Positions 29,838-42,146 of a DNA stretch of 64,000 bases are shown one piece after another. The stretch is from Paramoeba atlantica (Eukaryota; Protista; Discosea), in contig CDRNVI010000071.1 in NCBI GenBank assembly GCA_977017575.1, forward strand, positions 186,001 to 250,000, given 5' to 3'. The notes under the pieces were generated by a model. It did no database searches, had not been told where the DNA came from, and saw only the letters and a list, made by a program, of their open reading frames with translations. A program made the translations under genes and the position numbers. The first letter of the stretch is position 1. Every line of letters starts with the position of its first letter.

Positions 29838-31573
29838 TTTAAACCTTTGAACACTTACAAATAGCGTTTTTTTAGATTTTAAAGTTTAATTAGGAAAACA
29901 GTAAACAAAGAAGTAAAAAAAGAATTTGATAATACTGTCCAGGTCAGATTAAGTCCAGACCACAGAGAGTACCGTATGATCTACCTGTATGATCTGGCCT
30001 GTATAAAATATAAGCTGGCCGGTGTTTATACACCGGCCTGTATTTATTACCCGTATTTACGTCGGTAAATTTTGTTTATTAATACTTGATACTTGGGGCG
30101 CAATGGGCTACGGTACGATGACGGCACACGTGCACCCAAGTTACGGATATGCCCCTTCTCAAAAGACTATTTCCTTCTTCGTACATTGCCGTGTAATAAC
30201 CGTAATCAGTTTTCATGTTGAACCTCATATCAATACACACAAAGCTTTTAGGCAGCCCAACATACATGTATGATTCCCACAAACGAATACAATTCATAAT
30301 TCCAGATTATGAAAACGAAATATTTTAACGTTAAGAAATAGATGCGCATGTTGCAGTTTAGTGGTCTTTCACTTACCGTCGTAGCTATGATGCGTGCCTA
30401 CCACTTCGAATTTATTTCGACCACGTAGGCGGATGACACATAGTTGTTCAGGAAGTTCACGTACATCAATCGTGCCTTCTAAGTTGTTGTCTGCCAAATA
30501 AATTTCTTTCAAAGATGTTGGAAGACCCTTCAACGAGACTGTACCGGAAAAGTGATTTATGTTCAACCAGAGCCAACTCAATTTCGGGGGCAAGTGTTGA
30601 AGGTTTAATGTGCCAGAAAGCTCGTTTCGATTTAAGCACAACTGCGTAAGTCCAGTGGGAAGTGTAGTAAGATCAATACCCCCTGAAAACAAGTTGCCGT
30701 TTAACCACAGGACCGAAAGTACTGGCGGGAGAACAGAAGTGTCAATAGGACCTTCTAGCCTATTAGATTGCAATTTTAGGCTGACCACATTCTCAGGCAA
30801 AAACGCCCAAGTAATGTTACCGGATAAACTAAGCGACATCCATTCTAGACGAATCATACTTTCTGTGTCCGCGTGTACGTTAAACCACTTTTTAATAGGA
30901 GTGTCGGACTTCCAGGTTACATGAGCGTTTTTCACGTTCTGTAAGAAGAAGCTTAGCTTGGTTTCTGGACTCATACACGAAGCACGTACCCTTCCCAGCC
31001 TTGTAGTGGTATGTGGCGCGTCATCCGCAGTAGAAAAGCGAGGTAACATCATGTAACAAATTATTATTATTACCCAGTTAAAGAAATTAAAATTTAGGAG
31101 GACTCGCAACTCCACATAAGACGCATCAAAATAACAAATAAAGACAATTTTTTCGCTGTTCCCTTAAGATCCGATTCTCTTGCCATCAAGAGATAGCATC
31201 GAGAGATAGCATCGAGAGATAGCTGAACACAACCTCCGGGCGTTATCCCATTCTATCACAACACCGCCCCCTACACTCCTAGCCATTCAGCTTTGCCATC
31301 GCTTGCTTCACCTTTTTAATTTCCATCTCCGTTCGTTCTCGCGAGCGCGTGATTTCCAGCACCGCCCGTCGAGCCTGTGCCAACCCCTGCATCTCAGCTT
31401 CGTGCCTTCTGCTGTACTCCTGCTGCAGGGCGGCGTCTCGCTCATGGATCGCCTTGGCCTCATACGCCAGCCGCCCCATCTCCGCTCTGCGCGTGGCTAT
31501 TTGCGCCCGCAGCGTGGCGCGCTCCTGCTCGAACTCCGCTATCTCCTCTTCGCACAGCCGACTTGAGTTTTCC
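29718..31573. repeat. Segmental duplication copy 1 (TLK 5' end, LRR, 3' half of coiled-coil gene)
   Basis: Colinear with 50859-53521 apart from the MITE at 51026-51840. Confidence 0.9.
30369..31115 (-). CDS. Short LRR protein, paralog of 52333-53079
   Basis: 248 aa; repeats LWLNGNLFSGGIDLTTLP; nearly identical to the second copy. Confidence 0.88.
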   Translation of the reverse strand: MELRVLLNFNFFNWVIIIICYMMLPRFSTADDAPHTTTRLGRVRASCMSPETKLSFFLQNVKNAHVTWKSDTPIKKWFNVHADTESMIRLEWMSLSLSGNITWAFLPENVVSLKLQSNRLEGPIDTSVLPPVLSVLWLNGNLFSGGIDLTTLPTGLTQLCLNRNELSGTLNLQHLPPKLSWLWLNINHFSGTVSLKGLPTSLKEIYLADNNLEGTIDVRELPEQLCVIRLRGRNKFEVVGTHHSYDGK

Positions 31574-31575
31574 AC
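31279..31575 (-). pseudogene. 3' fragment of the coiled-coil gene 53226-54002
   Basis: Matches the last 98 codons of 53226-54002. Identity stops abruptly at ~31573 and the upstream part is absent. Confidence 0.8.
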
Positions 31576-31688
31576 TTCTTGACTCTTACCAGAGCTCGAT
31601 CCTTCGCCTTGTCGTGGCGCTCTGGCTTACCATCCTAAAGGGTAAACCAAGAAAGGATTAAAAGAATTTAAAAATTGGAGTGACACTA

Positions 31689-33066
31689 AATTAGTGTTCG
31701 GAGTGACTGACAAGTGAGATTGCAAGGACGAATGCAAGATTGGAAAGAATGCATAGATTGAGAGAATACGATTGTAAAGAGTGGAGACTGTGCAGCTAAC
31801 CGGTGCCATCTCGTGCCGTCTTGTGCCAATTCATGCCAACCAGAACTGGGAATAATGAGACTTTTTTTAGGGATACAGAAATCACATGCATTTTTTCATA
31901 CCCTGTACCTCAATGCCCCCTCCACGGAATAATTAGGCCTTGGTGACATCGCGCGGGCCCTCACTATTTCATTTTCTTAATAAGTACGTAAGTAATGAGT
32001 GCTCATAGTTGTAACGATCTTTTGCTGCTACGTAACGCTCTTATCAACTTCTAAGAAACGGGGTAAACTATATATATATATATATACATGTATATACATG
32101 TATATACTCAAATGTATTTCATCATAACTTGCTAAAGGACTAACGAAGGGGACGTCCGCAACCGCCCCATTCGCCAGTCTCCTTCGAGGACAGTTCAATG
32201 CCACCAAGATGACAAGCTTCATTTCGGGAGTCATGCGAGGCAACCCAGGGCAAAGTGGACGAGGGAGATACCAATAGTTTAGCTGCGGCAGTTTCTAAAG
32301 GAAAAACGACATCTCTACCGTTTTAGGCGCTTGCCTTCATGCCATAAGGGAGATACCGTTTTTCCTTTGGAAACTGCCGCACCTAAACTATTGGTATCTC
32401 CCTCGTCCACTTTGCCCTGGGTTACATAGGAAAAACATGTTAGTAAAATGTTAGTAGTAAAATGTTAAAATTAGTGTTCGGAGTGACTGACAAGTGAGAT
32501 TGCAAGGACGAATGCAAGATTGGAAAGAATGCATAGATTGAGAGAATACGATTGTAAAGAGTGGAGACTGTGCAGCTAACCGGTGCCATCTCGTGCCGTC
32601 TTGTGCCAATTCATGCCAACTCATGCCAATTCGTGCCAACTCATGCCAACCAGAACTGGGAATAATGAGACTTTTTTTAGGGATACAGAAATCACATGCA
32701 TTTTTTCATACCCTGTACCTCAATGCCCCCTCCACGGAATAATTAGGCCTTGGTGACATCGCGCGGGCCCTCACTATTTCATTTTCTTAATAAGTACGTA
32801 AGTAATGAGTGCTCATAATTGTAACGATCTTTTGCTGCTACGTAACGCTCTTATCAACTTCTAAGAAACGGGGTAAACTATATATATATATACATGTATA
32901 TACATGTATATACTCAAATGTATTTCATCATAGCTTGCTAAAGGACTAACGAAGGGGACGTCCGCAACCGCCCCATTCGCCAGTCTCCTTCGAGGACAGT
33001 TCAATGCCACCAAGATGACAAGCTTCATTTCGGGAGTCATGCGAGGCAACCCAGGGCAAAGTGGAC
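31689..33066. repeat. Tandem direct repeat of a ~0.6-kb non-coding block (31689-32262 and 32468-33066), each leading into a palindromic element
   Basis: Both units start aattagtgttcggagtgactgacaag and end gaggcaacccagggcaaagtggac. They contain atgccaac 10-11-bp repeats and (TA)n. Confidence 0.85.
32243..32422. repeat. ~180-bp palindromic element (GAGGGAGATAC family)
   Basis: acccagggcaaagtggacgagggagatacc... / ...ggtatctccctcgtccactttgccctgggt, followed by tacatag. Confidence 0.85.
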
Positions 33067-35484
33067 TTTGCCCAGCAGACTTATCCATAGACACCGATCA
33101 GCATACCACACCAGACATCGGACACTTCGAAGAGGTCAGGGATCCGGAGCTCCCGACCGTAAATCCGCCCTCACTAGGATACATGGATGACGCCACACAC
33201 CACACACAAACATCAACCAATGAAGTCAATTATCGCCCCTGTCGGCACATATGTAGCAACAAAGCTCAGTGCAAGCATCGATGTTGCAAAAATGGTGTCA
33301 TACAACCTAGCACGGAGGTTGTACTCCGCGAACCCGTCCGTACCTCTCCAGACCTGCACACCAGCAATGACAACACCCCTGCCCCAACAGCGCCTCGTCG
33401 CAACTGCGCTCATAAATGTAAGGACAAGGCAACATGTAAACATCAATGCTGCCAGAAAGGAGTTCTCCTCAAAGTCGCTGAAGTAGCGTACTCTGCCATA
33501 TGCTGGACCACGAGAAATATACTGTGCCCTGCAATGGGTGATGCGGAACGCGCCGCAAAAGCTTCACTACCGCCCCCTCCACGCGCAACAACCTACCCCC
33601 CAGTTCACACCAACCCCTCGAATCGCTCGAGTCCAATACTGAGCCCTGTGCGGAATGCACCACTTGTCCACGCCCCGCAACATGATTCCCCTTCTGTACG
33701 CCGCTCCTCACCTTCTTTACCCCTTGTGCAGTCCGCAACAGATCCCACGCCTCTGCCCTTACCTTTACCTCCCCCACCAGAAGGAAACTGCGAACACACG
33801 ATATTGCAGCGCATCCCTCGTGTCCGGCAAGTCCCGGCTACCCGACCTCTCCCTGAACTGCAGAATCTACTCGAAACATTCCGCACAATAAATGGAGGTC
33901 GCGTTCTAGTCCGTTTCACAGAGGAACAGTGGGAGAGTATTATTGCGAAGATCGAGGAACGCTGCAACTCGTATATCCACCTGGCGCGAAACAAAGAGGA
34001 CGCCCTGTCGCAAGCTGAAATACTCTCAGCAATCCTCGCTGTAACTGCATTCGAGGCCGCACGGGAAAACGATCCGACGCACGGCTTTCTTATACGGACC
34101 AGAACTGGCAGAGCCCGAAGAAACTCACGACCCTTAGCCATTGAACGCACAGTGAAAGTACTCAGTCAACACGTTCGACAACTTAAACGTGCGCTAACGT
34201 TCATGAAGGGTCCTGCGTGAAACAAGCAACGAGGGGAAATAAAGGAAGCCGAAAAGGCACTAAAGCAGTACATGGAAGAATCCAGTATGCAGAGGAAAGA
34301 AATCGATCGACGGTGGGCTCTTACGCGATTCCAGCGAAATCCCTGGACAGCCGCGGGCGAATGCTTAGATCGCGTCGACCCATCTACCTCAGAAACTGAG
34401 ACGTCCTACCCTACAGTTCCTGTACAGGAGGTTGAAAGATTCTTTGTGGGCTCAATGTCTAGACCAGAAGAGATACACAAGATTCCTCCCGCAGAATTTA
34501 CGAAACCAATTCCCCTTGATGAGATGCAATGGTCAGATATTGACTCAGACATGATCGCAGCAGCCGTCGCATCCAAACGCTCTGGGGCTGCCCCAGGCTC
34601 GGACACTGTATCGAACGCGCTGCTAAAGCGCTGCGCCCCTGTCTTTACTCACATGGCACAGGTGTTTAATGATGTCCTAAAATTTGGTGTATGCCCTCCA
34701 ACCTGGAAAACTGCGGTCACTCGACTTATCCACAAAGGGGGCCCCACCTCAAGTATGGAAAACTGGCGGCCGATAAGCTTGACTAGCTGCATTGGGAAGC
34801 TTTTCCACTCAATCCTCAGTCACCGTATCCTTCAGCATTCCCTGGATTCCAATGCCCTGGACACAACAATACAAAAAGGCTTCTTGCCGCATATGAATGG
34901 GACAGTTGAGCACACCCAGGTCCTTTGCGAGCTCCTCGAGCACCAGCGGCGCCACAAAAGGCAATACGTGCTTGCCCAGTTTGATATCAAAAACGCGTTT
35001 GGATCCATACCCCATACAATTTTATTTCAGGCCTTAAAATGGGCGCGCGTCTCACCGATCCTCATTAACTACATCAAAGCGCTGTACGAACGAGCGTCTA
35101 TGCAAATTAAATGTGCAGAAGGACTCACGAAGTCTATTGAGATAGGCCGTGGCGTTTTGCAGGGAGATACGCTTTCGCCTATTTTATTCAACTTGGCGAT
35201 GGAGCTAGTTCTGCGTTTTGTCCGTTCAAGTTGCCCCGAATACGGGATCACGTGGAATGCGAAAGAATTTTTTCTAAAAGCCTTCGCAGATGACCTCACT
35301 ATTCTGACAAATACCCCCCAGGAAATGCAGAATGCTACAAACGCACTCGTCAAAGTTCTAAGCGATATTGGGATGAAACTAAACGTGAAAAAATGCCGGC
35401 TGCAACACATGGCGATGACGCAAGACTCTGGATATATGACACGCCGACCACAGATCATGATCGGCACGTCACCTATCCCACATA

Positions 35485-37044
35485 CAGGGGTGAAAACCTC
35501 GTGGTGGGGGGGGTCTAAAATTCGTAAAAATTATCCAATTTTGGAAAGTAATAGCGCATTCGAGAGCTCTCACAGAGTTGTATGTTTTAGCACTATTTGC
35601 GGCCTGTGACTCAACATGAAACGATGAGACAAAAAAAATCATGATTTTTTTTCTTGCCCAAATTTACGTTTTTTCAGTTTTTAGCTGTTTTTCAGTCAAT
35701 ATTAGCACTATATGCCCCAGAAACGGATTCGTTCCCGAACCTCACGTGGTGTACTCAGCGACAGGTCCTATTCCTCCCCCGCACGGGTGATACCAAGTCA
35801 CCGTATGCTTCTTGTCTCAGATTATCTTGAGACAGGGTCCTATTCTCGGACAGCCCAAAACTTCGGCGTCCACGAAAATACAGTAAAATGTCTTGTGATA
35901 CGCTATGAGAACACTGGAGACGTGGAAAGCTCTCCTATTTCACGCCCATCTCCTGTCAGTACCCCTGCGCTGCACGAAGCAGCTATCCGCCTCATTGATG
36001 AGGGATACCGTGACCTCCCGTACGGGATTGAGAACTGGTGTGCACTCCATAGAGTTGTGCTTTCTCTTGGATTTCAGTGTTCAAGACCAACTTTGGTTAA
36101 CGCCATGAAGAGCCATGGTATGATCATGCAAACTTTAAAAAGAAAGCCCGCACTGACCGATGAACACAAGAGGAAACGAGTGCATTTTTGTTCTGAGATG
36201 CTCACTTGGTCAGATACCCAACTGAGACAAATTGTTTTCTGCGATGAGAAGAAGTTCACTTGCGGTAGGGGACGAAACAAAATTACTTACCTTTGCCGGA
36301 AGACTGACCCCGCCAAGGAACAGCAGGGAGAGCTAGAACCTTGGTATGGAGGGAACGGCGTCATGGTGTGGATGGGGGTCAGTTTAAATCATGGATTTCA
36401 TCTACACATTTTTCCCTCCCACGACCCTTCCGGCCGAAAAGTAACTGTAACAGGGGATGTTTTCAATGACGCCATGAAGAAGCGCAAAGGACTTTTAAAT
36501 TATTTGAGGCGCCACCCATCTGGGGTCGTTGCAATGAATAATTGTCCTGTTCATAATTCTGCGCGAACAACCTTTCGCAACGAAGGTATTAATGTACTCT
36601 CTTGGCCTGCAAAATCCCCCGATTTAAACACCATTGAAAACCTTTGGGGGACCATGGACAGGATCAAAAATGATCTTCGACCCAAGAATCGGGCTGAATT
36701 AGTATCGGCCATTGAGACAGCGTTCGAAAGATTACAATCAGAACGCAAGCAAGAATGTATTAACACGATGAGCAGTTTCCGCAAGCGTTGTCGCATCGTT
36801 ATTGAGCGAAACGGGTCTTCCTGTGGGTATTAAGGGTAATTTTTGACCATTTTTTACAGTTTTTCAAATTTGCAAATCGTGTTTTTGACCCTTCCATCAA
36901 AGGGGGGTACCCCCCTAACCCCCGCAAACTGCCTATCTTAAAACATACAACTCTGCGAGAGCTCTCGAACGCGCTATTATTTTCCAAAATTGGACAAATT
37001 TTACGAATTTTAGACCCCCCCCCACCATGGGATTTTCACCCCTG
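35485..37044 (+). mobile_element. Tc1/mariner element with ~105-bp TIRs and TA TSD, inserted in the RT of copy C
   Basis: TA|caggggtgaaaa ... ttttcacccctg|TA. Removal restores PIPHICDNCSTFLGMTLAPG (copy A: PIPQICDNGSTFLGMTLAPG). Confidence 0.92.
35712..36833 (+). CDS. Tc1-like transposase; second catalytic Asp appears replaced by Asn
   Basis: N-terminal HTH, VFCDEKKF, VAMNNCPVH (expected xQDNA), WPAKSPDLNTIENLW. 32 residues lie between this N and E. Confidence 0.85.
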   Translation: MPQKRIRSRTSRGVLSDRSYSSPARVIPSHRMLLVSDYLETGSYSRTAQNFGVHENTVKCLVIRYENTGDVESSPISRPSPVSTPALHEAAIRLIDEGYRDLPYGIENWCALHRVVLSLGFQCSRPTLVNAMKSHGMIMQTLKRKPALTDEHKRKRVHFCSEMLTWSDTQLRQIVFCDEKKFTCGRGRNKITYLCRKTDPAKEQQGELEPWYGGNGVMVWMGVSLNHGFHLHIFPSHDPSGRKVTVTGDVFNDAMKKRKGLLNYLRRHPSGVVAMNNCPVHNSARTTFRNEGINVLSWPAKSPDLNTIENLWGTMDRIKNDLRPKNRAELVSAIETAFERLQSERKQECINTMSSFRKRCRIVIERNGSSCGY

Positions 37045-38474
37045 TATATGTGATAATTGTAGCACATTTTTAGGCATGACGCTCGCACCCGGTGCTCAAC
37101 AAGGCAAGACACTCTTTCTAAAACTACGAACCCGTCTGCGAGCCTGGTTGCGTAATATATCTTCCAGCGCACATGACCTTCCCGCCCGCCTGTGGATATA
37201 CAATAACGGCATCATCTCTCGTCTGCGGTATTCCTTCGTCGTGAACTCATGCCTTACCTTCAATCACGTACTTCGTCTACAGCGATGCGCCACACGCGAA
37301 ATTCGGAAATGGTTAAACGTAGCGAAATCAGCAACTAGTGAGCTGCTCTATTCAGAGCATGGCTGGAATCTCATGAGTCTGTCAAAACTTTGGCTTCTTT
37401 CCACTGTGGGGACAATGGAACAAATGGATAAATCGCGTGATCCCGAGGTCCAGCACGCTTTACGTGAGCGCATCAGGCGAGAAGCGAACAAAAGGAGAGC
37501 AGGATACATTCGCCCGCCGACGGATATGCACAGTACAAGCCATAGTAACGTCCGAAGACTCCTTGGAAGCGAATACGAACGACACCTCACGGAAGCCGTC
37601 CAACGGCGTACTGCCGTAGCAGGACGATGGTTCAGAATCGCAACGGAAGCAGACCTTGCGAGAGACTCCGCCGCCGCCCTATGCAACCTCAAGAGTGAAT
37701 CGCTTTCGCGGTTCACATCCTCAGTGCTTACCGAGACGCCGCTCCCAACCAGGGCATCTCTTCGTAGGTGGGGCGTATCGACACATGCGAGCGATAAATG
37801 TCCCATCTGTGACACCGAGACACAAACTACGCGGCATATTCTATCTGGTTGTAGGAAGTCACTCGAACAAGGGAGGTATACCCTACGGCATAACATGGTA
37901 CTACAGGCATTAGCGAACTCCGTACAACGATTCTCCTCCACTAGTCAATGTCACTTCGATCTCCCCCACTTCCGCTCCACCCCCGCGTGGCTCACGAACC
38001 TTGATACTGAGCTACGTCCTGACGGATGGGTGAAACTATCTAACGGAGAAGAATACATTATAGAACTTACCTGCCCTTGGGAGGAGAACTTTGAGTTCGC
38101 ACACGAGCGCAAAATAGAAAAGTACACGAGTTTATATCACTCTAGAAAACTCGACCATCCTAACACATTCCTACTCGTCTTCGAGGTGGGAGCGAGAGGC
38201 AAACTGCATATGTCGGCCCGAACGCTCAACTCTCTCTTCATGGGAAATGAAGAAGCGGTTGCAGTGTGTCGCCGAAATATGACGACTAGCGCTCTCCGGG
38301 GAAGTTTCATAATTTTCCAGCACCGCGAGAACAAACAGTGGATGGAGGTTAGTTCTGGGGAGTGAGTCGCTGACTGTCAGGTGATTTCAACGCGTTTTGT
38401 GCGCGTAATATGGAACTCCCATATTCACCGTCTAATCTCTGTAGAATATTTTCTACATGATAACATACGAGGCA

Positions 38475-38648
38475 ACCCAAGGCAAAGTGGACGAGGGAGA
38501 TACCAATAGTTTAGCTGCGGCAGTTTCCAAAGGAAAAACGGCATCTCTACCGTTTTAGGCGCTTGCCTTCATGCCATAAGGGAGATACCGTTTTTCCTTT
38601 GGAAACTGCCGCACCTAAACTATTGGTATCTCCCTCGTCCACTTTGCC
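38475..38648. repeat. Palindromic element (GAGGGAGATAC family) that received the copy C insertion
   Basis: Same arms as 32243-32422. Its first bases form part of the duplicated target. Confidence 0.8.
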
Positions 38649-39131
38649 TGTCGTCGTCTCTGCGGCAAAAAGGCAGAAGGCTCCGCTTTCTGCCTTTTGC
38701 CTTGCGCCTTCTCCTTCCTCTACGGTCTTGCGTATCCCAAACTTCAAGTTGCAAAAAGCATATGTGGGAAATTGGGGTTTGCAAATCGCTTCCGAAGGAG
38801 GGGGTCTCGAGTCGTCCAAAAGGTGCGTTTTTCTTTCCTAAAATTCTTCTTTCCTTATGGTGCTGCCTTTGGTTCTTTGCGAAAAAAACCTTTTCCGGAA
38901 AATCTTTTTTCGGGCCAAATTTCGGGCGAAATTTCGGGCCAAATTTTATTAATACTGGGTAGCGAGGGAGTAGTATCTCCCTCAATAAGGTAGTTATTTA
39001 GTTATAGTCTTTACAGAAATTTCCCCTCGTCAGTTTCGTTTCGGGCATCTGTTTCGGTTTTAAAATGAAGAAAAATTAAGAAAAAAAGGGATAAAAACAC
39101 ATTTGCATATGAATAGAATACGTCAAAGGGC

Positions 39132-39527
39132 TTAAAAGCACCTTGAAATACGAAGAAAAAGAATATAGTTTTTTATAGTTTTTGAAAAAAATTTATAGTA
39201 ACTATATAGTACTATATTGATAGTTTTATAGTTTCTGCGAACCCTGGTTATTTGTTCTTTGGTTATCGGGCGCGCCTGTCGCAGCGGTATCGACGCGCCG
39301 GACAGGACCAGCGTCTTTGCTAGCAACTCCGAATGGGTTGCCGGTCTTTGCGCTTTTGTTAGCACTGAAATGAGGTGCTTCAAGTAGGTGTGTTTGGTCT
39401 GTATTGTCACCTGCAGTCCCGAGATAAACGACACCACGTTGTCGTCCTTTAGATGACTTTTAACGAATATATATTTGTAACTAAACTTTATAGAGCGCAC
39501 CGAAAAAAGATTTACTCCCCCCTCCAT
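39132..39527 (-). pseudogene. Possible N-terminal fragment of a tyrosine recombinase of a DIRS/VIPER/TATE-like retroelement
   Basis: TYLKHLISVL...GASIPLRQARPITKEQI resembles the linker preceding the catalytic domain of retrotransposon YRs. The catalytic part is absent. Confidence 0.4.
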
Positions 39528-39804
39528 AAGTAATTATAAGTATAAATTATAATTTGTTTGAAATTATAATTATAATTATAATTACTTATGGATGTGAACC
39601 TAGTGAACCTGGAGAGGGGTAAAAATTGGAATTTCACACTAATACTCTTCATGATGATGATTCTAGACAGTGCGGGCGAGGAGGGCGACAAAGCGGGAGT
39701 GCGAAACAAGGGGGGTCTTCCTCTCGGGGTGAAGGGGGGCATGGGGGGGCACTATAGGATGCGCACCCTAGGTCGGGATCCTTGTCTTTTAGTTTTGATA
39801 CCGC

Positions 39805-40056
39805 CTACTTACATGCTTGACGATATCTTACTGTAATCAAATCTTTTTTGCGGGTTTTACGGGGAGGTGTATCTACAGAATCTGTATTTCCGTAAATTTT
39901 CACATATTTTCGCACAGTTTTTTTGTCAATTTTTAGATTTTTCGCCACTTTGCTGATGGAAAGTAACTTATTGTATTCCACAACAATTTTTACACGCATA
40001 GCATAAGTAATGGGTCCATAGTGAAGGTTCCGGGGCCGAGAGAAATGTTTTGTCAT
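39805..40056 (-). pseudogene. Tc1-type N-terminal HTH fragment
   Basis: RVKIVVEYNKLLSISKVAKNLKIDKKTVRKYVKIYGNTDSV. Confidence 0.55.
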
Positions 40057-40917
40057 GGGTTAAAAAGATGAATATTGGGCACAAACTTATTTTTTTAGGA
40101 AAAAATATGGTGTTTCGCCAAAATGATGATTTTTGAGCTGTATTTTTAATCTCATTTTTTCCTCTTGAGTTTTTTTACGCTGATTCCTTCGGCAAACATA
40201 CGACAAATTTCGAGATCTATCAAATGCCGAAGGAATTAGGTCAAAAGCTCGCACGACGCAAAAATGAAGGGGGGGACTTATCCTTTAAGGGGTATAGCAA
40301 CAAGTAAGGAAAAGAATGAGTTCGTGCTCTAAAATGAGTTCATTGAACTTCAGAGTCTCATTCAGAGCGTGCTCTCGGTCACTTTCACTCATTTCGAATA
40401 TGGAGTGAAACCGGAGAACCTTTTTCTCAATCCATCTTTTTGATGGTCTACCGCCAACCGTGGTAAAGTCAGCTATTGAAGAAGACCCGCTCGATGACCG
40501 TTTTCGAGACATCATTGAAAAGGATTAAGTAAAGTAGTGACAGGACACTAAAAATAAATAGAAATAACAAAAAAGAGAAAACACAAAAAATACGAGGCAC
40601 AAAAAATTATCGATCGATTCGATCGAAGTTGCATTTATAATTACTTATGAAAGGCATAGGAATAAGTCACAAGGAAGTGAAAGTGCTAGTTCGAGGTGTA
40701 TTTATAATTACTTATGGAGGTGGGAGTAAATTGGCTGATAAAACAAAAATATGGCTACTCATGCCAACTTATGCCAATTCATGCCAACTTGTGCCAATTC
40801 ATGCCAACCAAGACTTGCAGTCTCCTACACAGTGTATCAAGAAGGAAAGAAAGTAAGAAAGGAGGAAGGAAGGAAAGTTGGAAAAGAGAAAAGAAGGCTG
40901 TGCTAATTAAACTGAAC

Positions 40918-41600
40918 ATTGCGGTGGTTGTTTAACTACCGCTCTACCCTCGATTATAGAAAAAAGTGAAAATATAAAGAGGAACACAGTAATATAATAG
41001 AAGAAAAAAATATAAAGGGGGGCTCCGGGGGTCCAAAATTGAAAAAAATGGGGGGTCCATGGGGGGGGTTTAGGGGGGGGTGCATACGTCGTTTTTTGAA
41101 ACTTTCAAAATCTTGATTTTCGAAATCGAGCGCAGGGAAGTGGTAGAGTATGCCGCAGCGATAATTTCCCCCCCCCCCCGCTGGTACGCGCGGGAGGGGT
41201 CCGACAAGGTCAAAATTTCCGAAATTTTTGGGATGACCAAAAAAAATACTTTTTTGACCCGAAAAAAAGCAAAAATATTATTTTTACAAAATCGATTCCT
41301 AAACCGTATTTGGAGAGTTTGGGGCCTCAGCTACCATTCTACGACGTTTTTGTCCACAGATTCGACTCCTGCCCCTGCTGGTAAGGCATCCAAAACAGCC
41401 CAAATTCGGTGTAGAATTTCGCAATTTTTGCGGAAAAATCGAGCCATTTCACCCCAAAAAATGGATTATTCGTGATCTTTTGGCGATTTTTCCTTTTTAG
41501 GCTCTTAAACGCGGTGGTGGTTTTCAACGCGAAGCGCGCAGCATGAGTGACTTCTAAGTTGAAAAAAACCACCGCGTTTAACGAAGAGCCTAAAAAGTAT
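40918..41600 (+). mobile_element. R1 family copy (subtype I), apparently complete
   Basis: Starts attgcggtggttgtttaactaccgc; terminal hairpin at ~41490-41600. Confidence 0.75.
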
Positions 41601-42146
41601 TTGAATATCGCAACTAGGCATTATTAGATATGAACTCGTTGGATTTTATGAGATGCGCTCATGTGCATCGCAAGAGTATCGTGATAGCGAATGTTTCAAC
41701 AATTTGCTGTTGATACAGAAAAAGATAATAGGTAATTAAAGATAAGAAGGGATTACAATTCGGAATGAAGGTTATAGAGTATGCCTCATTATATACATGT
41801 AGGTGGGTATTGGAGGAAAAAGCATTATTATATTCTTGCTGCAACATTCAATTACCGCAATTACTTTCATCAAAGCATATGAAAGGTCTACAAAAAGTTA
41901 GCCTAGATCAGATACGTAAAAATATTTCTCTCGTGTCCGATGAGCATGATGAGTATACACCCCCATGCGAAAATAATGCAACATACTTTAATTTTGCGTC
42001 TGAAGTCCAATTCGGGTCATATAAAAAGCAAAATGAGTGAACCCCTACAGAGAACGTCGGAAAATTGCTTTAAACTCGTGATTCTTAACTTTACCGAAAA
42101 TATAAAAAATATAATCAATTTTTCTTAACCTTATCACTTTTTTTCG

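Larger units (their letters stand above)
33067..38467 (+). mobile_element. 5'-truncated HERO-like element (copy C), frameshifted and split by a Tc1 insertion
   Basis: ORF pieces 33015-34220, 34272-35484 and 37047-38365 are homologous to copy A. Flanked by a 25-bp direct repeat (33042-33066 and 38468-38492, one mismatch). Confidence 0.9.
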
